Part shown: positions 55,997 through 64,000 of the stretch, in pieces
How positions within the stretch are numbered: the first letter of the stretch is position 1
How the letters are laid out: the number at the start of each line of letters is the position of its first letter
Source of the DNA: Eutreptiella sp. 'Long Island Sound 2002'
Taxonomy: Eukaryota; Protista; Euglenida
NCBI GenBank assembly: GCA_964036045.1
Contig: OZ038379.1
Location: 5,890,001 to 5,954,000 of the forward strand
Direction of reading: 5' to 3'
Length of the DNA stretch: 64,000 nt
The notes under the pieces: generated by a model
What the model was told of the DNA's origin: nothing
What the model saw: only the letters and a program-made list of their open reading frames with translations
Database searches by the model: none
Program-made: the position numbers and the translations under genes

Positions 55997-58900
55997 CACG
56001 CGAGCCCATTCTTGGTGAATGAGACCTGGATGAGCGTAGATCTGTCAGTGGAGATCTACTGCTGGTCATTTCCACTGTTTCATGGCCAAGCTACGGTCTC
56101 GTCCGAGCTACAGCGGGCGTAGGGACCGTATTAACCTGGGATTTTTTTGTGGCTTGGACAAGGGTGGGGGAGGCGTACAGCACCAGACCATGTTTTGCCG
56201 TGCAGTGCCTGTGCGCCCTGCCACAGAGCCGCACTCAGTCCCCGGCATGCACGACCCCCACATTGCGCAGCCAGGTCCACATGCGCACCGACAGCCAGGC
56301 CCCGTGCCGAATCCACGCACACCCGCACGTTCATCCGCATGTTCCACAGGCCTTGACAGACGGCCGCGTTTGGTTTGCAGCCAATTATATCTACCCGAAT
56401 GGCTGGACCCACAACAGCCTCCACAAACTGGTGGCTCTGGTATTGTTGCGTGACCCCCATTGCATCCGCCCCCTTCCCCATCCCCGCGGCCTTGGCACGC
56501 CCACCTCTCTCCCCTGAAGTGGATTCGCATTGAGCTCCCCCAATCCCGCCCTAAGATGCAGTATCACATGCGGTGCGCGCGCGGTGCGTATACTGGGGCT
56601 GTCCCATAGACCGTTTCAGCTAGTTTAGAGGCTAGTGCGTCCAGTTGGGAGCCCAAACACTTTTTTGCTTGTGCCATGTCCTTTTTAATGTTCCCTTCTT
56701 GGCAGGCCTGTAATTTGTCTTCTTTCAGCCTGTTGGTGCACTGGTTGCATGTGAGCTCGCCCAAGGGGGCCCTTGCACCCCGCCATCACTCTTCCCCCAG
56801 CAACCCCACCAAGAGGCAGTATTTACAAGGGCTTCAAAGGTAGACCATTTCCTGGAGAAGTTGTTCAAATGCCTGACATAGTGTGCGTGCGGTGCGTGCA
56901 TTCCCTCTGACAGTGTGTCACACCCTGTTCACTGTTTGGGCCCCTGCCTGCCTGTCCGCGTCAGTGCCTCCCTGTGCCCCTGCTCCGTGCCTGCCCCCCC
57001 CCCCCCCCATCCCTGCTTCCCAACCTCCCTCATGGTGAATGGGGAACGGGTATGTGTTGTGCATTCGCACTGCTCAGTGTTAAGTGGGAAATTCAAAAAT
57101 GTCAAAAAAAAAACACGCCCCCCGGGACGTGCCCACTCACGCCGCGGGTGTTGGTGTCCAGAACTGAACCTGATTCCTTCTCGATTCTTCGCGTTCCAGG
57201 ACAATCCGACCCCAATCTGGAAGCCCTATTTGGACCGAGTGCTGGCGTTTCTGAAGGCTGCACTTGTACTAGGTCCCTGTCGTGCTGCTGTGCAAGTGCG
57301 CGTACCACCGTAGCATGGTGTGTCGTTCTGCCGCTGCTCCACGCCCCCCCCCCCCCCTTCTTTTCCCACGGCCCCCGTTGTAACGAGCACTGGGTGTTCG
57401 AACCGTATTCAATTGGGACATAAATTGAATTTGCGACCAAGTCTGAGGCAACAACGTTTTGGCAATTTGGGAAGTGGAGCAAAGGATATGACGTGGTTGT
57501 GGAATGATTATTAGGCTATTAGCATGCGGCTGTAAGGCACCAAAGGCCTTTCCCTTGCACAACATGAAGGAATCTGCGTTCGCTCCCGGCCAGGGGGTCC
57601 TGTACAAACAACTAGTGCCCGTGAACCTGAGCGCGCGCGATAGGCCCCCATGTCCAGCGGACGCGAGGTGTGCCGGCCCGTCTCAGGTTGGGGCGTTGGT
57701 GTTCGTTGCACACGGGGGTGGACATGGATGACGGTTTTGTCGTGCATGGGGGCTGAGCCCGGGTCGGCAGTTGTAGTGGCAGCGCTCGAACCAGTACGGG
57801 AGGGGGGGGGGGGGGGGGGCTCTGTCGGCCTATTGCACTGTTCGGCGCATGTGCTGCGGAGGAGTGGTACCGTCGTCCCATCCGCCCTTACGGAAGAAAC
57901 AGGGGTGCTTGGAGTGCACCTGTTGTACCTGTTGGAGACAAACAGGGGACTGTTGAGGTTGCCATAGGAAAGGGAAGGGGGGCTGGCAGGGGCTTCAAGA
58001 GGTTGCGAAGCGGTTCATGGCGGTGGCAAAAGCGGGTTGGGGGCACGTTTGGGTGGTGACCAAGCGGTTGGAGGGCGGTTGGGGGTTGGCAGAAGCGGTT
58101 GGGGGCGGGGCTGGCCGTCATTTCCCCGCAGCCCACAATGTCCGTTCCAACTCTCATCATTGATCCCAGCCAGGAACACAAGCACTGACACATCAACACC
58201 CAGGACGCAGTGGTCTCCCAGGAATTGCTAGCTCAGCAGCACATGAAGCAGAGAAGAGGCGCGTCAGTGGCCGCGAAACAACCATAGCCACTTTTCCGCC
58301 ACAAAGAGGGACGGAGCGGTGGCAGTGCCCTGACAAGGGCAAATGCACCCCGGCAGTGATACGCATTGGTGCTGGCGCCAGGCCGAGCCATCGGACCGGC
58401 ATGGAGACAATGCGAAAGCCACCCCCCCTCGGGGCTCAATGTCGATTCATGGCCCAGGGCGCACGGGTGTGGGTCCCGACTCTCGCCCCCAGTGGTTCTT
58501 CGTGGTTTTTGGGCCTGGGTTTGTTTTACTTTGGGCGGGGGGGGGGGGGGGGGCTACGGAGCTGTTTCGGGCGATGACTGTGGGCGCCCATCGCGGAGAG
58601 GTGAGCAGCCTCCCAAGGCAAAACCCCAGGCGGCCTCTACACACTGGGGAACCACCGCTGCCCCCAATCAGGGAGGGGTTGGCAGATTTGGTGCCCTCTG
58701 GGCCCATTCGCCCGCGGTGGCCATGGCGCTTGAGGCTCACCAGAGTGGCTCCGTCACGCATGTTTTCAAGGGCAGGGAAGAGCTCAGCACGCCCCAGGCG
58801 ACCTCTGGGAGATCCAAGCGCCGCGCCTGCAGCGCCGCAGCCTCCTGCGCTTGGATGACCCCGTGCATGTTTCCCATGCGGCCATGCACAGAGATACATA

Positions 58901-59771
58901 AGAAGGGGAGGGACCTCAGAGGTGGCCTCAGAGGCGGGTAGATAGGCGGTTGGGGGAGGATGCCAAAGCGGTTGGGGGCAGTTACTGTCGTTTACAAGTA
59001 CCATTGAGCCTGGCACTTGGCGTCAGGAGACACAGGCTGGGCATAGGCTGGGCGCCCTGGAGGGGGGACGGGTACCCCCCCGCCTTCCACTGCATCCCTG
59101 GTCGTGCATTCCCCTTGGAGGCCCATATACCACTCGACCCATAACTCCACTGGCATGCTGAGCGGTGGACTCTATTGGTCCAACTGCAAGGGCCCGGAGC
59201 ATCGGGCACAGACAACATCCCAACGACCACCAACCATGGAGCAAGCGCGTGTGCCAACATGCCCATGCCCCCCCCCTCTCCTCCACCAGCCCCCAGTAAC
59301 CGAGAGCCGAAGGAGTGCTTGAGTATGGTGTCCATGGTTGGCAGGACAGACAGTAAGTAGTATGCAGGCAACCCTGGATGCCGAAACGTTCCATCATCTC
59401 TCTAGTTGCTTTTTCGAAGTTTGATTGCAGATATGTACGCAATTTTTTTTGCGACGGATGGATGTATTGTAGTTCATCGAGATGGTTCATAGCATATCCC
59501 TTCGGACACCAGCGCTGACGCAGTGTGAATGATGATTGCGCCCCCAGCCCCCAGCCACAGCCACCGCCCCCACCTGCCGCAGCTCATGCGCAGGTCAGAA
59601 CAAGGGGAGCAGCCCCTTGCGGTACCCGGCAAGAGGGGGGTTCTCCATTGCCAGGGCACATACACGCACAGGGGGATACCGCCTGCATGCGCCGTGGCGG
59701 GGTCACGGGGGGATCGCCGGGCCCGGGTCCTTTACGCCGACACCCCCCCCCCCCCCTTGTAGGCTTGTAGG

Positions 59772-59848
59772 ACTTCGCAATGCTGCTGGACTAATGGCTG
59801 GAATTGTCTATGGAGGCGACCTTCAGTCTATCGGAACTGACCATTGAT
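59772..59848 (+). mobile_element. 77-bp 5'-truncated retroposon tail with TSD
   Basis: ccccttgtaggcttgtagg flanks the insert at 59753-59771 and 59849-59867. Confidence 0.7.
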
Positions 59849-62800
59849 CCCCTTGTAGGCTTGTAGGCTTTATCCAAACGGGCCAAGAAACATTCGATAG
59901 CCGCTGACTGCGGTGAGCTCAAGGCAACATTCGGCCCTCGTTTGAGGTGTGCTGTAGAGCAGCAGGTCAAACAATGAAATGAAGTTTGTGGCGATGACCA
60001 TATGCCTGTGACACGGGGGCATATGTGAGCTCTGTATCCGTTGCTTTATGGCCCCTCCCTAGAAATTGGCACCAAAGTGCCGGACCATCGGCGCCAAAGG
60101 TGCCGAAAGCAAATCCCGATGTGGCAAAGGGTAAAAAATGGTGTTTTCACCCTATGTGTCTATACTCAATATACTGGGAATTTTCGGGAGAAATCAATAA
60201 TGGGCAAACATGGGTATTTTTTCAGTCCGCCCGAAATAAGTATCCCACCTCTGAGCAGAGTTTCTCAGAGATGGCCACTACCCTAGTTGGTGGGACACTG
60301 TGCTGACAAACAGAGGGCCCTTGCTTCAATTCTCAGTGGAAGCAAAAGCACACTGTGGACATAAAGGGGGGGGGACACGGGGGCCGATCCTGGTCAGGAC
60401 CCGATGCCAAAGGGGGGGGGGTACCCCCCCCCCCCCTCTACGGACCCCAAAACGGTTGTACAGAACAATGGGTTTTGTGGGTGCCGGAGGCGCCGGAGAT
60501 TTTGTTTTAGGCATATGGCAAGGGGTAATTTTTTTGTTCGACCCTATGTGTTTGTACTCAAAATACTCAGAATTTTGTGGAGAATTCAAAAATGGCTGAA
60601 AGGCACAACAAAGGATTTTGACCCCGACCCGGCCTGTGGGTTGGACCTTGGCTGATGGGAGCCTGAGTTGATGGGCAAATTTTTTTTGAAAAATTTTTAC
60701 CCCACTTGTGCATATTCAAAATGATCAGTGTGTCATGGGGATCGTTTTGAGGTATGTATGTTGGGGTAGCCACCGACCCCCCCCCCCCCCCCCGGGGAGC
60801 CTGGCGGCTGACCGCCTGACCCGCCGACCCCCAAGGTTTGGGTCCACCAAGGGGGGGGGGTCCCCCCCCCCAACAGCCCCCAAAACTGTCGCACACCCCT
60901 CGGGCTCACACATTGGCTGGCGGCGACTCCCGTGGGGGGGGATAGGGGCTACATGATGTGCTCGCTACAAAAGGAGGACCGAGCATGGGATTGGACAAGC
61001 AAAAGGTTATTATGTGCCCCCGTTGGGGAAAAGACCCCGCAAGTGGACATCCGAGGGCCCAAAAACCGCCGTTTGGGAGAGGCCCCTCACTGCCGGTTTG
61101 GGATGACCGCTTGGAGGCACTTGGCCAACGGTTTTTTTCCCCATAGCTCACCAAGAGTCTACTATGCAAAGGCAGATGACATGCAGCCAATTCTGATTTT
61201 GTCCCCTTTGTTGGGGTCCCGAGAATGCAGGGGTTACGTAGCATTCCCGCCCACTTGTGGGCCCCCGAGAAGGCAGGGGTGAGGCAGCCAATTCTAATTT
61301 TGTCCCCATTAAACCCCCTTGAACAAACGTACCACCTACCATCCCCCCCCCCCTTGTTGCAATATTATTCTGCCGCTACATCTGCACCTCCAAGTGATCA
61401 ACGCAATGAGAAGGCCATTTCAAGCCATATATGTAGGGGTCCGGACCCCCCCCCCCCCCCGCCGCCTCCAGCTGACCCCCCCACCAGACCCTGAAAGTGG
61501 CATGGACGCAGGAAGGAGTCGGCGTATGGCCCGTTGCTGCGACCCCCCCGTGGGCGGGGTCTGGGGAATGTGGACAGTTCGGGCAGCCGTGAGACTGGAC
61601 ACTTGGGTGTGTCAGACCGAGTCAAGTGCAGGTGCGTGGCCGTGCGTGCCGCGCAGCGGGGGCTGTATCCCAAGGCTGAGGTGTGGGGCAAATGACGAGG
61701 GGCGGTGGGGTGGTGGCCTCTCGCGTCTGCAGAGCACATGAGCAGCAGCCGAGCGTCGCAGTTTGCGACTTGGACACACCAAAGGGCGGACTTGCAGTCC
61801 ATATCATGGCGGACTTGGGACATTTTGGAGTTTCGGTGGCCTGTTGAGACCCACATCGCATGGGGGGTGGGGGGTGGGGGGGTTGATTCGACCCTGTCCC
61901 CGGCAACACCCATGGCTCGTTGATTCAACCCCTGCCCCATATCTCTCTGCAGCCGTTACGCTTGCGATGCTCTGGTTTCTGACGATGAGGGCGCTGCCTT
62001 GGGGTTGCCACAACCTGTTTGCAGCGGGAGTGCAGGTATGTTGCTCTGTCCCTGGGGCTCTGTTGAATGCCAATAGTTTAGACTTGGCTGCAAATAGGAG
62101 GGCTGCCCTCTTGATGGTGGGGCGTCTGGAGGAGAGGCTCAAGTGGCCGCTACTGAGAAGCTAGCTCTTGGGTGGGGGGGGGTACCGAAAGGGAGCTCAA
62201 GCCCACCCACCACCTCCGCCCTTTTCAGTTTTTCGGAATGGGCTTGGGAATGCGGTCCATGCGATGTGGCATGAGGCAGGCATCATTTTGGACATGGAAT
62301 TTGGGACGTCGTGCATGCGATGCGGGATGGAAGGGGGGAAGGGGATGTGGGATGTGGCTGCAGGATTTGATGTGGTGTGTGGAATTGGATGGGGGATGTC
62401 AGGGGAGGTGGCGATGGAGCAGAGGGCTTTGCCTTTCTACCTATGGTCAAAAGTTGCTGGGAAATCGCCAAATGCTAAACCGCTTTGTTCGCCAAGGGGC
62501 ACAGTCGCAACCGCCACCAGTGCCTTTGTGCCCTTCCATTTTTGTGGAAGCCCCGGGCACTGACGAGGGAAGCCCATCCACAACCCGGACAAACCGGCCG
62601 CGAAAGCCGATGGTAGGGCGCGCGCCAAAACAAAGCCAGCCTCGCGTGCACTCCCCCAGTGTGCAATGGGGGGCCGTGCTGCATTACAAGTTTAGCAATG
62701 CGCCTCTGTGACAATGCGCATCCCTGTGCCTTCGGCCGCGGCCAAGTATTCCGTGTAGCGCTGTCATGGCAGGTTGGCTTCAGTGCAAGTGGGACAATGT

Positions 62801-63429
62801 GCGTGGGGGCGTTGGCCTTTTTGCGTGACCAGAAACACAGGACAAGCATGCACACCATCTTGCATTGGGCCCAAAACCCGTAGGTAGCGGGCACAAAACC
62901 CATTTCAAATACCATGTGTGCACCGAACGACACTCTTTGTTAGAATCATGCACCTATGGCCACCCACGAAGTGTACCCGGGAAGAAGGGAGGGTTCGTGG
63001 CTCGTAAGTAGTTTCAGGCCATGTTGGTCAGACACGCCTTCAAACCATCTGACCATGAACAACAAGCCTGCCTGGGCGTGGCCCACCACGTCCCAAAGCT
63101 ACTCCGGGCTGGGCTGCCAGTAACCCGCCACCGATGACCCGTACCGATGACCCCCATGCCGTGCCCTTACAAGGTTAGGACAGCTAGGGCACCAGCAGTG
63201 GGACCGTCAATCAACACCCTATGCAAACAACAATGTCCTTCAACTACGATAGTCCTCCATGCACGGTTTGTTTCACCTTTTCCTTTGGTTTTTTCAACCA
63301 CAATGGTTGTCCACGCCGTGGGATGCAGATATTGAATGCTAACCAGGATTGAATATTGGGACCGCGCTGGTGGGGGAAGGAATATCATCTGTGAGAGTTC
63401 AACAAAAAGTGAGGTACGCACTGGAAAGT

Positions 63430-64000
63430 GGATGAGAGCGGCTCAAAAGGGGCTCAAAATGAGTTGTATTCATCCGTTTGGGCACCACATCTGGACGAGG
63501 ATCATTTTTCCAAAACCATGGTTTTGACCCGTTTTTGAGCCGTTTGTGGTCCCAAAGTGGTCCATTTCCAAGGCCCTTTCGGCCTTGAGAGGGGCCTAAA
63601 TTGCTCAACATGGGCCCAAAACGGGCTCATTCTACTTGTTTGTGCACCCCAAATAGTCCAAAAGTATCTTTGGGAAATCTTTTTTGATCCATTTTTTGAT
63701 TGATCTTTGGTCCCAAAACAGCCCATTTTCAAGGCATTTTGTGACTTTGGAGGGGCCAAAATGGCTTGCAATGGGCTCAAAAAGGGCTCATTTCACTTGT
63801 TTAAGGACCCCAAATGGTCTCGGATCATTTTTGGAAAAACCCATTTTTGACCCATTTTTGACCCATTTTTGTCCCCAAACAGCCCATTTTCAAGGCATTT
63901 TGGGATTTTAGGAGGGCCAAAACGGGCCACCACGAGCTCAAAACGCGCCAAAAACACTTGTTTTGGCATTCCATGTGGTCCACGATCATTTTTGAAAAAA
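63430..64000 (-). repeat. Opposite-strand copy of the ~163-bp-subunit repeat family
   Basis: ccaaat(a/g)gtc subunits at about 63649, 63810 and 63971. Confidence 0.7.

Larger units (their letters stand above)
42782..60057. repeat. Dispersed short family ending ...gtatccgttgc(c/t)catggcccc, at least nine copies (span given)
   Basis: Copies near 42782, 43801, 43956, 48677, 52669, 52856, 60007 (+) and 50541, 51232 (-). Confidence 0.8.

Overview
Eukaryotic, repeat-dominated DNA. A euglenozoan (euglenid-like) origin is my inference from the element types, not something I could test. The only apparently intact host gene is an intronless multi-TM hybrid histidine kinase/receiver gene (3935-6187, +). 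Most of 6.5-38.7 kb is one nested structure. A degenerate hAT transposase (6810-8000) is cut at ~8090 by a GC-rich block that opens with one reading frame stitching together fragments of aspartokinase, an MDR oxidoreductase and an LRR protein. That block runs into two ubiquitin-like domains fused to the Gag of a tyrosine-recombinase retrotransposon with gag-YR-RT/RNaseH order (VIPER/TATE-like). A full-length ~9 kb non-LTR retrotransposon (minus strand, perfect 14-bp TSD) sits in the last codons of that element's RNase H ORF; its three ORFs share one frame and are separated only by single TGA codons. Downstream lies a 13.2-kb array of ~1115-bp units with higher-order structure and an inversion in two units. 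The remaining 39-64 kb is decayed L1/Tx1-like LINE fragments, a MITE, SINE-like repeats and microsatellites. No database searches or alignments were run; all family calls rest on motifs read by eye.
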